Shown in pieces: positions 45,699 through 55,174 of a stretch of 64,000 nt of DNA. Source of the stretch: a bacterium (GTDB lineage Bacteria > Joyebacterota > Joyebacteria > Joyebacterales > Joyebacteraceae); NCBI GenBank assembly GCA_025782395.1, contig JALGZD010000218.1, positions 4,876 to 68,875 on the forward strand. Direction: 5' to 3'. Position numbers and translations under genes: made by a program. The first letter of the stretch is position 1. Each line of letters opens with the position of its first letter. The notes beneath the pieces were generated by a model. That model made no database searches. It was given only the letters and a program-made list of their open reading frames with translations, and was not told the DNA's origin.

Positions 45699-48428
45699 CT
45701 ACCAGTCGATGGCGACTCCAACCCTGATGACGCGCCCCTCGAAAAAGGTGGACGGATCGTGCAGGGGTTCGAGAACTTCACGTCCCTCGGGATCAGTCTC
45801 GACATAGGCTCCGCCCAGATTCCCGGTCTCCGTGTAGTACTCGGCCCCGTAGTTGCCCAGACCCGTGACGTTCCGCTTGTCGAACACGTTGAGCGCCTCA
45901 AAGAAGAGCCGGAACTCGCGTCCATAGAGCCTGTACTTCTTCGTACCCCGCAGATTGACCGTCGTGTGAGACGGGAGCCTGCCGGAGTTCACGGACTCGG
46001 GATCGATCTGCTTTTGACCAAGATAGACCGGGGTGTAGGGCGTCCCACTGCCGTAGCTGTAGTCGAATGTCATTTCCCAGTTACCCGGATCACTGACGAA
46101 GAGAAAACCGGTCAGCGTGTGACGTTCGTCCCAATCGAGAGGGATCTCCTTCAGCGGCTGCCTCGGAAGTCCGAGAGCCTCTGCATTGGCGCCCTGGTTC
46201 TCATCCGAACTCACGCCCGTGGCCTGAAGCCACGTGTACGATACATTGCCGGAGAAGAAATTCGAGAATCTCTTCGTGAGTCTGAACTCGACTCCCTGAA
46301 CGGACGAGTAGTCCTTGTTCACGTATGTGTAGACGGAGCCTTCAGTCGGACCTCTCTGGTACTCCTCCGTAGCGAGGAGACCGAAGATGTCCTTGTAGAA
46401 GCCCGTGATATCCACGGCAACGTTCTGCGAGAACTGATGCTCCGCTCCGAACTGGTACGAAGTCGTAACCTCCGGCTCCAACCCCGAGTATCCAATGACC
46501 CTGCCCCCTGCAGCCTCAGCAATATCCTCGCCCGCGGCATAGTACGCGACAAGGCGGGGCATCTGATAGAAACGGCCGTAGTGGAAATGAAGGGCGTCCC
46601 GATCGGAGATCGGATGCGCGATTCCGAGCCTTGGACTCACGACCGCGGAGATCCTCTCCCGCCAGATCTCGTACTCACCGATACCCGATGACGAACCAGG
46701 ATCCGACCAGTCGAGCCTCAACCCCGCGCGGACAATCATGCCCTCATAGCGCATGCGATCTTGAACATAGAAGGCGCCGTTCGCCGGGAAGCCTTCGTAG
46801 ATATTGTGGCGGAAGCGCTCGCTCGTGTTGAGAGCCTCGTCCCAGTCGAAAAACTCGAAACTCGGATCGAGAGTATCGGTCGCACTCGGAATCAACGCCC
46901 CCAGACTGAGGCTCTTGACGAAAAGCTCGTTGTAAATCACTTCCAGACCCGTTCTGAACTGATGCGTCTCGTTCGGCTGATTCGTGACATCGGCCTTGAA
47001 AGTCGTCGCGGTCGTGGTCTGGTATGACCAACCCAGATTGTCCCCCCAGGCCCGGAAATAGCCGGTCTCAGGGTTCAGATCGTTGTCCGAATCCGGATCC
47101 GTCGTCCTGTTCCCACCGACGTAGGCCTCCCACCAGTAGTCGTTCGGATCCTCGTGGAGCCAGAATTTCTCCTCCGATTCGAAATGCGCGAACCTCACTG
47201 TGTAGAAAACGGACGGGCTGACGGTGTCACGCCAGACCAGCTTCTTCTGGGTGAACTGACTCCTGACAGTCGGCGTGTGCTCGGCTGCATTGTAGTATTT
47301 GTACGTCTCATCGAGCGGCACGTGCGACCAGTCTTCGTCTTCAACCGACCAGTAGCCCGATCGTGAGTACCTGTGGCTGTAGAAATCACGCTTGGTACTC
47401 GACAGCAGATACTCCGCTGTGAGCTTCCGCGTGGGTGTCACGAAGTACGACAGTTTTGCCTGGGTCGTGGCGAACATGCTCTGGCGGGGTCTGAACTCTA
47501 TTCCCCAGAACAGGTCTTCACTCTCGCGTGCCTCATTCGTCTTGAGGTACGTATCTGCGAAGCGCCCCTCGCCCGAAACATAGTATCGGACTTTCTCCGT
47601 GAACAGAGGGCCGCCGAAGCCAAATGCGAGGTTATCGAAATTGTCGAACGTCTTCTCCGGAGCTCCGTAGTCATCGGTCATGTACTTTATCTCGCCCGAG
47701 AAAGCGCGACCACCTTCGCGGGTCGCAAGGTTGATAACACCCGACTGCACGTTGCCGTACTCGGCGTCGAAACCTCCGGAAAGGAGATCGAACTCCGAAA
47801 GCGATGAGAGGCTGACCTCGAGCCCCGTCCCTCCCGTCGCACTGTTGGAGATAGCGATACCGTCAACATACATCTTCACTTCTGAGGCACGGCCGCCTCT
47901 GACGTGTATCTCTCCATCATGCAGAACAACGCCCGGCTGAGTCGCAATGGCCTCTGCAACTGTGTTGATGGGCCGGATCTTCGTCTCTTCGGTGTCTATG
48001 AAGCGGCGGGTCCCGCTGTCTTCTACGTCGATCATCGGACGCTCCGCCTGGACGACGACCTCAGGCGCCTGGAGTACCTCGGCCACCAGAGTGAGATTTA
48101 CCTCGGTGGAACGATCAGCGTCAACCACCACATCGTCAACACGTTGAGCCTCGTAACCCATGTAGCTGACCTGAATAACGTAGGTCCCGACAGGGATAAG
48201 ATCGATGATGTACTCGCCGTTCGGATTCGTCATGCTCCCGTAGGGCGTGCCCAGGATCGAGACATTGGCAAACGCCAGCACCGCGCCACCATCGCTCCTG
48301 ACAGTGCCGACGATCTTGCCGGTGCTCTGAGCAAGTGCCGGCGCGGCCCCGAGCACAACACCCACAAGGCAGAGTACGGCGACGCACGTTAGAGCACAAT
48401 CCCGGGACTTCGGTCTCGGAAGTTTCAT
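45699..48428 (-). CDS. TonB-dependent outer-membrane receptor with N-terminal carboxypeptidase-regulatory-like domain
   Basis: 909 aa. Signal peptide. CarbopepD_reg region (GKIVGTVRSDGGAVLAFANVSILG...NPNGEY), plug domain, long beta-barrel, C-terminal aromatic residue (…GVAIDW). Confidence 0.9.
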   Translation of the reverse strand: MKLPRPKSRDCALTCVAVLCLVGVVLGAAPALAQSTGKIVGTVRSDGGAVLAFANVSILGTPYGSMTNPNGEYIIDLIPVGTYVIQVSYMGYEAQRVDDVVVDADRSTEVNLTLVAEVLQAPEVVVQAERPMIDVEDSGTRRFIDTEETKIRPINTVAEAIATQPGVVLHDGEIHVRGGRASEVKMYVDGIAISNSATGGTGLEVSLSSLSEFDLLSGGFDAEYGNVQSGVINLATREGGRAFSGEIKYMTDDYGAPEKTFDNFDNLAFGFGGPLFTEKVRYYVSGEGRFADTYLKTNEARESEDLFWGIEFRPRQSMFATTQAKLSYFVTPTRKLTAEYLLSSTKRDFYSHRYSRSGYWSVEDEDWSHVPLDETYKYYNAAEHTPTVRSQFTQKKLVWRDTVSPSVFYTVRFAHFESEEKFWLHEDPNDYWWEAYVGGNRTTDPDSDNDLNPETGYFRAWGDNLGWSYQTTTATTFKADVTNQPNETHQFRTGLEVIYNELFVKSLSLGALIPSATDTLDPSFEFFDWDEALNTSERFRHNIYEGFPANGAFYVQDRMRYEGMIVRAGLRLDWSDPGSSSGIGEYEIWRERISAVVSPRLGIAHPISDRDALHFHYGRFYQMPRLVAYYAAGEDIAEAAGGRVIGYSGLEPEVTTSYQFGAEHQFSQNVAVDITGFYKDIFGLLATEEYQRGPTEGSVYTYVNKDYSSVQGVEFRLTKRFSNFFSGNVSYTWLQATGVSSDENQGANAEALGLPRQPLKEIPLDWDERHTLTGFLFVSDPGNWEMTFDYSYGSGTPYTPVYLGQKQIDPESVNSGRLPSHTTVNLRGTKKYRLYGREFRLFFEALNVFDKRNVTGLGNYGAEYYTETGNLGGAYVETDPEGREVLEPLHDPSTFFEGRVIRVGVAIDW

Positions 48429-48504
48429 GGTCTCATCATCTCCTCGGGGGGTTTCCGAATACAGATACCCACCTCATCGTCCTGGATGGACGAGGGTCGG
48501 TTGC

Positions 48505-48533
48505 TCATCGTCTCTCTAAGCGGCATACTACAA
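48505..48533 (-). promoter_or_regulatory. consensus-like sigma70 promoter (TTGACA-17 nt-TAGTAT) upstream of the TBDR operon
   Basis: On the minus strand, TTGACA is the complement of 48528-48533 and TAGTAT the complement of 48505-48510. About 75 nt upstream of the TBDR ATG at 48428. Confidence 0.4.
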
Positions 48534-48569
48534 CCGACTATCACTGTTGTCAATAGCTTTTTCCCCGCG

Positions 48570-49376
48570 TTAACTCGCCGTGTCGTACTCAGTTGCGAGC
48601 ATTTGAGCCACCTCGATTTCATCCTTGCTGAGCTCTCCTTCACTGAGCTTCAGACCCCATGCCTCAACGAACCCGGACATGACAGCGCGGGCGACCTCCT
48701 CGAAACCGACAGTACGATTGAGAAGAGCTGAAAGATCGGTCGTTCTGGAACGCAATAGCCGCCGCACGATTCCGCGCCGCTCCTCGCTGTCGATGAGCAT
48801 CAAATCGGCAAGCTGCTCGTGCGTGGAGTCCATAAGAAGCGAGCCGTGCTGCAGCATGCCTCTCCCCACGCGGCGTTGTGCGCTGCCTATCAGCTTCCGG
48901 CCGACGACGACGATCTCGTAGCGCCCGGAACCTACGAAGCAGGGTGGACTTGCCCCACCATCGCGGCCCCGTGCCGCAGGGACGACCGAGGCCAGTTCAG
49001 CCTCGACCCCCAACAGCCGGAGTCCCGCCAGGAGGGCGTCCGCAATCGCGCTGTACGCTTCCATGATCGAAGTGCCGATCGGCGATGTTCCCGACGGGGC
49101 GATGACCGAGTACGTGAGCTCCCCCGCGTGGAAGACGGCACGCCCGCCGGTAGGTCGCCGGACAACTCCGGCGCCGGCGCGCATGCATGCGCCAATGTCG
49201 AGCTCCGAATCGAGCGCTTGGGAGTACCCTATCGACACGGTCGGCGGCTCCCACGCGTAGACGCGAATGGTGGGTGGCGTCGTCCCCTGATTGACGCCCA
49301 GGAGCATGGCTTCATCGATGGCCATGTTCGTAGCGCCATCGTGGGCGCCGTCATTGAGAAAACGCCACGTCTGCAT
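48570..49376 (-). CDS. lipoate-protein ligase / octanoyltransferase family protein (BPL_LplA_LipB catalytic domain only)
   Basis: 268 aa. ...RRPTGGRAVFH...GRKLIGSAQRR motifs of the LplA/LipB/LipM catalytic domain. No C-terminal LplA accessory domain. Confidence 0.7.
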   Translation of the reverse strand: MQTWRFLNDGAHDGATNMAIDEAMLLGVNQGTTPPTIRVYAWEPPTVSIGYSQALDSELDIGACMRAGAGVVRRPTGGRAVFHAGELTYSVIAPSGTSPIGTSIMEAYSAIADALLAGLRLLGVEAELASVVPAARGRDGGASPPCFVGSGRYEIVVVGRKLIGSAQRRVGRGMLQHGSLLMDSTHEQLADLMLIDSEERRGIVRRLLRSRTTDLSALLNRTVGFEEVARAVMSGFVEAWGLKLSEGELSKDEIEVAQMLATEYDTAS

Positions 49377-49431
49377 CGGTGCTCTTTCTCTGCAGTAGCA
49401 TCGCTGGAGGGCAGTGCGGTCGAAGTGAACA

Positions 49432-50115
49432 TCAATCCATCAGATGCAACCAGTCTCTGAGCATGAACTGCATTCGTCCGATGAGAAGCGAGATACGGCC
49501 CATCACCGTGTAACCGAACGATGCACCGAACGCCACCATCAGAAACCAGATGCCGAGTCTCGCCACTCCGCCCAGAATTCCCTTGTGCTCCTTGGAGAAG
49601 AAGAAGTAGATGAGCGTTGAGAAAATCCCTGCAATGGCGATTGCGTTCAGGATGATCGCGAGAGGGCCTCCGGAGTCCAGGGGCATGGTCATCGTTGCAT
49701 GGATCTGGGCAACGAAGTCGCCCTGCGCGAAACCCGTGATGTTCACCGCGGCGTACATCCCGACGATGAACCCAAGCGACCACCGTGACAGCCACGAGAG
49801 CTTCGGGAAAAAGCGGAGCAGCATGAAGATGGCGAGGATCCCCGGAAAGATGCGAATCCACCGGACCGGGTCCCCACTCTCCCCCGGGAAGAGCGGAGTA
49901 ATCAGCTTGGGTACGAGGGTCTCGTGGTAGAGAAGCGCGAGCCAGTACGCAGCCCCGACGCCCACAAACAGGCTCTCAGCAAACTTGTAGAGCGGGTTGT
50001 CCTTGTAGAGGAAACTGTAGATGCAGATGGTCAGTATGGCGGCGACCCAACAGCCCCAGACCACGGAGGGTGGCGTTCCGGGCGGACCGTTGAACAGCAT
50101 GTGTAACCAGCTCAT
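49432..50115 (-). CDS. cassette copy 1 gene D: polytopic inner-membrane protein of unknown function (paralog of 52866..53501)
   Basis: Track ORF 49432..50178. Start placed at ATG 50115 (GAGGAA 3 nt upstream). 5-6 predicted TMs. Conserved YSFLYKDNP(L/F)YKFAE and C-terminal GASFGYTVM(G/S)R(I/V)SLLIGR. Confidence 0.55.
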   Translation of the reverse strand: MSWLHMLFNGPPGTPPSVVWGCWVAAILTICIYSFLYKDNPLYKFAESLFVGVGAAYWLALLYHETLVPKLITPLFPGESGDPVRWIRIFPGILAIFMLLRFFPKLSWLSRWSLGFIVGMYAAVNITGFAQGDFVAQIHATMTMPLDSGGPLAIILNAIAIAGIFSTLIYFFFSKEHKGILGGVARLGIWFLMVAFGASFGYTVMGRISLLIGRMQFMLRDWLHLMD

Positions 50116-50122
50116 GGTTTCC

Positions 50123-50968
50123 TCACTGGACGTCCCGTGCCCGACGCTTTTCCGAACGTCGCGAGATGAAGTAGACAATGTTCCCGAGCAAGATGAAGAC
50201 CACGATCAGCGCGTGAACGACCGACTGCGCGTCCATGCCGGATGTCGCATCGCCCGGTGCACCGACAAGAATCTCGTACTCTGCGGCGCCCTTCAGGCCA
50301 CCGAGAAGACCCGCCAGCTGCCCGCTCTGGATGTAGGGATAGAAGTTCGGCGCCCCGACGGCCGTCGTCCCGGAACCGAGAATCACGCGGAATCTGCTCC
50401 GGACCTGCTGGACCCACTCACGGGTGCCCGGAGTCCCCGCCGACACCTCCATGACGAACGCGATGTCGTCGAAATTCCGGACCTCCTGCATCAACGGGAT
50501 CTCCCCTACCGGCGTCCCGCCGTAGTCCGTCGGGAAGGTCTCGGGGATGCTCGCTCCCATACCGAGCAGCGTTACTATGCCGCCCGCCATGTAGCCGAGA
50601 TTCACGTAGTCCGTGCCGTACTCTTTGCCGAACTCCTCAGCCAGTGGACCAAGTGCCTGTTCCACCAACGGCGGCGATGCAGGCCACAGACACGCAACGA
50701 CGATCCTCAGATTCCTGCGGAATGCGTGCCTGATGAATGTCTGAGCCATCGGTTGAAGCTCCGGCATCGTGTCCGGGCTGTAGTCGCCCGCGAGCATGAC
50801 AATCGACCCCTCGGGCACGGCCTCAATCGCATCGTAGAGATCCTGCACCGGAGGCGAGACACCCATCGGCAGCTTGAGCGGCTGAAGCAGCGGCCACACG
50901 ACGGCCACCAGGACCAGCACGAAGATCAGCCGACGATCTATGTTTCTGATGTCGAACCCCTTGGCCAT
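50123..50968 (-). CDS. cassette copy 1 gene C: bitopic membrane protein (N- and C-terminal TM anchors flanking a ~220-aa alpha/beta domain), unknown function
   Basis: 281 aa. N-terminal TM (LIFVLVLVAVVWPLL), C-terminal TM (HALIVVFILLGNIVYFI) followed by basic tail RRSEKRRARDVQ. Paralog 53575..54420. Confidence 0.55.
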   Translation of the reverse strand: MAKGFDIRNIDRRLIFVLVLVAVVWPLLQPLKLPMGVSPPVQDLYDAIEAVPEGSIVMLAGDYSPDTMPELQPMAQTFIRHAFRRNLRIVVACLWPASPPLVEQALGPLAEEFGKEYGTDYVNLGYMAGGIVTLLGMGASIPETFPTDYGGTPVGEIPLMQEVRNFDDIAFVMEVSAGTPGTREWVQQVRSRFRVILGSGTTAVGAPNFYPYIQSGQLAGLLGGLKGAAEYEILVGAPGDATSGMDAQSVVHALIVVFILLGNIVYFISRRSEKRRARDVQ

Positions 50969-50971
50969 CGG

Positions 50972-51616
50972 CTACTTGTCTCCACCGAGATAGGAACGCT
51001 CGATCCCCAGGATAACGCGAAGCCCCATGGCCATCACGCCGAGAGCGGCACCCATCAGGATCCCGCGAAAGGCTGCCATGTTCGGGTAGGCCATGATCAT
51101 CTCTGTCAGCCACGGCAGCGTCGCCTGCTCAGGCAGCCCTCTCGTCAGGAGCTGGCCGAGCGGAACGCGCCCGAGCATAACGATGATGGCAGAGATGAGC
51201 AGCATGCTGGACTCCACCGAACGCAATCTGAAGGCGCGATAGGCGGCAGAAGCGATGAAGAACGCCAGCAGCGAGAACATCGTGCTCTGCAGCGGCACCT
51301 GCACATTGAGGAACATCCAGTTGAAGGCCGACCCTTCCTGGATCGTTCCCCAGGGGCCGCCGAAAAAGAGCATGATCGCCATCACCGACATGGTGACGAT
51401 ACTGTAGCCCCAACCTTCCTGCTTGCGGCTTATCTTCTTGTAATGGACGCGGATGAGATTTCCGACTCCGAGCAGGATCGATGCGGCTATCACGATCGTT
51501 CCCCACTGCTTCATCTCCGCGGCCGCCGAGCTGACCGCATGGTGCGGCACGAAAAAATCGACGAGCATGAACATGCCGACGAGGAACGTTATCGCAAGTG
51601 GTATTTCACGTCTCAT
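50972..51616 (-). CDS. cassette copy 1 gene B: polytopic inner-membrane protein of unknown function
   Basis: 214 aa, ~6 hydrophobic segments. Conserved LIRVHY(K/H)KI and FLNVQVP(L/I)(Q/E)(S/A)TMFSLLAF. Paralog 54467..55096. Confidence 0.55.
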   Translation of the reverse strand: MRREIPLAITFLVGMFMLVDFFVPHHAVSSAAAEMKQWGTIVIAASILLGVGNLIRVHYKKISRKQEGWGYSIVTMSVMAIMLFFGGPWGTIQEGSAFNWMFLNVQVPLQSTMFSLLAFFIASAAYRAFRLRSVESSMLLISAIIVMLGRVPLGQLLTRGLPEQATLPWLTEMIMAYPNMAAFRGILMGAALGVMAMGLRVILGIERSYLGGDK

Positions 51617-51631
51617 GAATATCGACTCCGA

Positions 51632-52855
51632 CTACTGCGTTTGGAACCAGGCCACGAACCACTCAAGACCGACGATGTGCGCGACGATGCCCGCCACCAT
51701 GAGAACAATGCTTACGACCTTCATCCAGTCGGAACCCTTGAGTCCCCCCAGAAGTTTCGGCTCTCTGGAGAGATATGCGCTTGCGGCGTAGAGCTCCTCG
51801 CCCATCAGGGTGAAATCACACGCCGTCACGAAGAAGGGAAGCTGGGAAACCATCGCCGTGCCGGCCACCTGGATGGCGCCGGCCTCAAAACCGGTCTCTG
51901 CCAGAAGCAACGACTCCGCCCAGAAAGCGCCCATGTAGAGATTGGCCGCCGGCTTCTCCCGCAGCATGATGCCGTTGACGGCCCCCGCGAAGGCGAACTG
52001 CGCGTCCGACAGATAGCGTATGTTGTCGGGATTGTAGGCGTCGGGATTGCCGACCTCGGCGTAGGCCTGCTTCACCACTTCCTCCGCCGCGGACATGACG
52101 ACGGCCCGGGCGGTCGGAACGATCAGCGGTGTGTCGTATCGTGCCGTGATCTTGGCGACGTGCGAGAGGATGTTGAGACTCGCGATGGTCATGATGTTGT
52201 CGATCTCGCCGATGCCCGGAACGTAGAGAACGGGGCGCCCCATCTCAGTGGCGCGTCCGACTGCCTCCTCGATGGCATTGAGGCCCGGAATGCGCCGCAC
52301 GAAGAGCTTCGCTCCTTTTCCGGCCGCCGCAGTGAACCACGTAACCATCGCGAAGAAAAGGAGCATCAACACAAGGACCGAGAGGCGAGACCACTGGAAC
52401 AGGTTGACCCGTCCGGCGACGGGTCCTGCCCACACGCGCTCGGAGCTGTTCGTGCCGTCGTACGCCTCCAGGCTGTAGTAGTACTCGACACCCGGTTCGA
52501 CCGACACATCCACGTAGTGCGTGGCACCGCTCGCGATCTCCTCGAGCACATCTCCCACTTCGCCCTCTGCGAGCGAACGCGACAGAACATAGCCCGTGAC
52601 ATCTCCGGCTCCGGAACCGTCATCCGGTGAGAGCCCCCACTCGATCTCGATCTTGTCGCCGGAGTCCGAGTGCTCAAGGTAGTCACGCACGGTGAGCGCG
52701 CACGGTGGACCGGGCGGAACGATGTCGAGAGCGGCCGATTCGATCCCGTCCTGTGGCGCGGTCTCCTGAGCCCGGACAGACCCGACTGCCGCCGCGGCAA
52801 GCGCAAGCGAAACGAGCAGTATGCGGCGAACTTGATTCATACGTGCTTTCCCCAA
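51632..52855 (-). CDS. cassette copy 1 gene A: secreted FN3-like domain, TM helix, ~230-aa conserved domain and C-terminal TM; unknown function
   Basis: 407 aa. Signal peptide LLVSLALAAAAVGSVRAQ. FN3-like region (EIEWGLSPDDGSG...YYYSLEAYDG). TM (LSVLVLMLLFFAMVTWF). Conserved VGRATEMG(R/K)P(V/I)L, GVNGIM(L/V)R, LAETG, TQLPFF(V/I)T(A/S)CD(F/Y)TL(M/I)GEELYAASAYLSREP. C-terminal TM. Paralog 55175..56380. Confidence 0.55.
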   Translation of the reverse strand: MGKARMNQVRRILLVSLALAAAAVGSVRAQETAPQDGIESAALDIVPPGPPCALTVRDYLEHSDSGDKIEIEWGLSPDDGSGAGDVTGYVLSRSLAEGEVGDVLEEIASGATHYVDVSVEPGVEYYYSLEAYDGTNSSERVWAGPVAGRVNLFQWSRLSVLVLMLLFFAMVTWFTAAAGKGAKLFVRRIPGLNAIEEAVGRATEMGRPVLYVPGIGEIDNIMTIASLNILSHVAKITARYDTPLIVPTARAVVMSAAEEVVKQAYAEVGNPDAYNPDNIRYLSDAQFAFAGAVNGIMLREKPAANLYMGAFWAESLLLAETGFEAGAIQVAGTAMVSQLPFFVTACDFTLMGEELYAASAYLSREPKLLGGLKGSDWMKVVSIVLMVAGIVAHIVGLEWFVAWFQTQ

Positions 52856-52865
52856 ACCGTCCCCG

Positions 52866-53501
52866 CTAGATCAGATGCAAGCAGTCGTGCAACAGGAAGC
52901 TCACGCGCCCGATCAGAAGAGATACTCGTGACATCACCGTGTATCCGAACGATGCGCCGAAACCCACCATCAGGAAGACAATGCCTACTCTGGCCATCAC
53001 ACCGAGGACGCCCTTGTGCTTCATCGAGAAGAAGAAATACGTGAGCGTTCCAAGAAGGCCTCCGACCACAAGGATGTTCGTAACAGATGTCAGTGGCAGT
53101 GCATTCGCACCTATCTGATCCAGCACGCGCGCCTGCATGATGGGCGAAAGACCGAGCCCGGCGTAGCCACCAACGTAGATGCCGAGCGGCCAGCGCCCCA
53201 CCCACCCGATCTTCGGGAAGAACCGCGTGTAAAGCAAGAGACCGAGAAGACCGGGTATCAGAGCCAGCCACCACGTGTTACTCCCAAGTCCTATCGCCTC
53301 ACCACCGAGCCGAAGCTGGAAGACGGGTGACACAACGTTCGGCTGGATGAAGTTGAAGTAGTAGATGACGAGATAGTAGCCGGCGGAGATGCCGACGACC
53401 AGATGCTCGGCGAATTTGTAGAACGGATTGTCCTTGTACAGAAAGCTGTACACGGAAAGCGTGAGCACTGCCCCGATCGTTGTCCAGATTATTGCCGCCA
53501 T
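52866..53501 (-). CDS. cassette copy 2 gene D (paralog of 49432..50115)
   Basis: Track ORF 52866..53645. Start at ATG 53501 (GGAGGAATCGATG). MAAIIWTTIGAVLTLSVYSFLYKDNPFYKFAEHL... Confidence 0.55.
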   Translation of the reverse strand: MAAIIWTTIGAVLTLSVYSFLYKDNPFYKFAEHLVVGISAGYYLVIYYFNFIQPNVVSPVFQLRLGGEAIGLGSNTWWLALIPGLLGLLLYTRFFPKIGWVGRWPLGIYVGGYAGLGLSPIMQARVLDQIGANALPLTSVTNILVVGGLLGTLTYFFFSMKHKGVLGVMARVGIVFLMVGFGASFGYTVMSRVSLLIGRVSFLLHDCLHLI

Positions 53502-53574
53502 CGATTCCTCCAGATGCTGCTTGTGGGTCGTACTCCGCCGCCGTTCATCGGCCGCGGCGCGGAAGAGCGCGAGA

Positions 53575-54420
53575 CTAGGCCGCGTTCCTCTCCTGCTCGC
53601 GTTTCTTCCGTCTGGCCCCAAAGTAGGCGATGTTGCCGAGAACAATCAGGATAATGATCAGGATGTGGATCACCGACTGCGAGTCCATGCCTCGAACTCC
53701 TGCGTCATGATGATCGATGAGCCCCTCGTACTCCGCCGCCCCACGCATCCCTCCCAGGAGCCCTACGAGCTGCCCGGTATCGAGGTACGGGTAGAAGTCC
53801 GTGGCCATGACCGCAGTAACGCCGGCTCCGACGTCCTGTCCATACGGCTGGTGCGCGTAGTAGACCCACGCCTCAGCCGCCGACCATCCCGCCAGACTGA
53901 TGAGAAGTGGAATGTCGTCGTAGTTCCTGACGCCGTCCAGTATCGGGATCTCACTCAGAGGTGTTCCGTACGCGTCTTCGGGGAAGACGTTCCGGATGTT
54001 CACCCCCATGCCGAGAATGACGGCCGAGATTCCGGGCTGGAACCCCAGGAAGCAGTAGTCCTCACCGTAGACCTGTCCCATCTCCTCCGCCACCTGGTTC
54101 ATCGCCCGTTCGGCCAGGCCGTAGCCTGCCGGATGCAGCGTCAGCACAGCCACGTTGACGTCGTTGCTGAACGCATGGCGCAGAAGTGCCAGGGACATGG
54201 GCTCAAGCTCCGGCAGCGTTGCCGGCGCGTAGTCGATCGCCAGAAGAAGCGGCTGCCCGTTCGGCGGAATCTCGTCGAGCGCGTCATACAGGTTCTGCAC
54301 GGGCTCCGTCACAACGACGGGTAGTCCTAAAGGGAAGAAAAACGGGATGATAACGGCGATTCCGATAGCAAGGAATATCCACCGGCGATCTATCTCCATG
54401 AATCTCTCAAAAATGTTCAT
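53575..54420 (-). CDS. cassette copy 2 gene C (paralog of 50123..50968)
   Basis: Track ORF 53575..54504. Start at ATG 54420 (MNIFERFMEIDRRWIFLAIG...), 281 aa, same bitopic architecture and basic C-terminal tail (RRKKREQERNAA). Confidence 0.55.
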   Translation of the reverse strand: MNIFERFMEIDRRWIFLAIGIAVIIPFFFPLGLPVVVTEPVQNLYDALDEIPPNGQPLLLAIDYAPATLPELEPMSLALLRHAFSNDVNVAVLTLHPAGYGLAERAMNQVAEEMGQVYGEDYCFLGFQPGISAVILGMGVNIRNVFPEDAYGTPLSEIPILDGVRNYDDIPLLISLAGWSAAEAWVYYAHQPYGQDVGAGVTAVMATDFYPYLDTGQLVGLLGGMRGAAEYEGLIDHHDAGVRGMDSQSVIHILIIILIVLGNIAYFGARRKKREQERNAA

Positions 54421-54466
54421 CGCTACCTCCGGATGCCTGGACAGCGGCGCGCGAGATCGGGAACCG

Positions 54467-55096
54467 CTAGTCTCCGCCTCCCATCCATGCCCGTTCGATC
54501 CCAAGAATAATCTTGAGCGATGTCGCCATCATCCCCAGACCGACGCCTATCATGATCCCCCGCTTGGCAGCCAGATTGGGAACCTCCAGGATCCAGCGTG
54601 TGGCCATCGGAATCGAGCTGTGAATCATGTCGCCGATCGGAACACGACCGAGCATGACTATGCAGGCCGCAACAAGAAGCAGGGTAGACTCGAGCGTCCT
54701 TGCCCTGAACGCCCTGAAGGCCGCTGATGCAACGTAGAATGCCAGGAGCGAGAACATCGTGGCCTCAATGGGAACCTGAACGTTCTGGAACATCTTATCG
54801 AACGGAGAACCTTGAGCATGGTGCGCGGAATGGAAGAACCCCAGCCCGATCATCAGGCAGAGCGCAAGTAGCGTCACCCAGCTGTAACCTCGATCGTCCG
54901 CCCTGTGTCTGATCTTGTGGTAGTGGACCCGAATCAGGCTGACCGTCCCCAGAAGAAATGCGAAGGCCAGGAGGGTCTGCAGCCATATGAGCAACCGCTC
55001 GTACATATCCTGCACCATAGGGTGCGGGATGAAGTACTGGACTGCCATGAAAAGCCCCGAGATGAAACAAAGGGCCAGTGGAAACTGACGACGCAT
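54467..55096 (-). CDS. cassette copy 2 gene B (paralog of 50972..51616)
   Basis: 209 aa polytopic membrane protein, conserved motifs as in copy 1. Confidence 0.55.
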   Translation of the reverse strand: MRRQFPLALCFISGLFMAVQYFIPHPMVQDMYERLLIWLQTLLAFAFLLGTVSLIRVHYHKIRHRADDRGYSWVTLLALCLMIGLGFFHSAHHAQGSPFDKMFQNVQVPIEATMFSLLAFYVASAAFRAFRARTLESTLLLVAACIVMLGRVPIGDMIHSSIPMATRWILEVPNLAAKRGIMIGVGLGMMATSLKIILGIERAWMGGGD

Positions 55097-55174
55097 CGTA
55101 CCATCCTCTCAGAATCGTCCCTGCGAAGCCGCACCGGAAACCCCAGCGGCGCGCGACCCGCTCGAGAACGCTAC

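Noticed and set aside
44718-46691. 657-aa plus-strand ORF
   Set aside because: It is antisense to the T9SS cargo and TonB-dependent receptor genes and has no recognisable motifs. It is a spurious high-GC ORF.
50021-52630. 869-aa plus-strand ORF, the longest ORF on the track in this region
   Set aside because: The translation is extremely R/H/D/E-rich low complexity (RRHLHDERDVV, HRHGDD...). It lies antisense to four coherent, paralog-supported membrane-protein genes. This is a typical high-GC antisense artefact.
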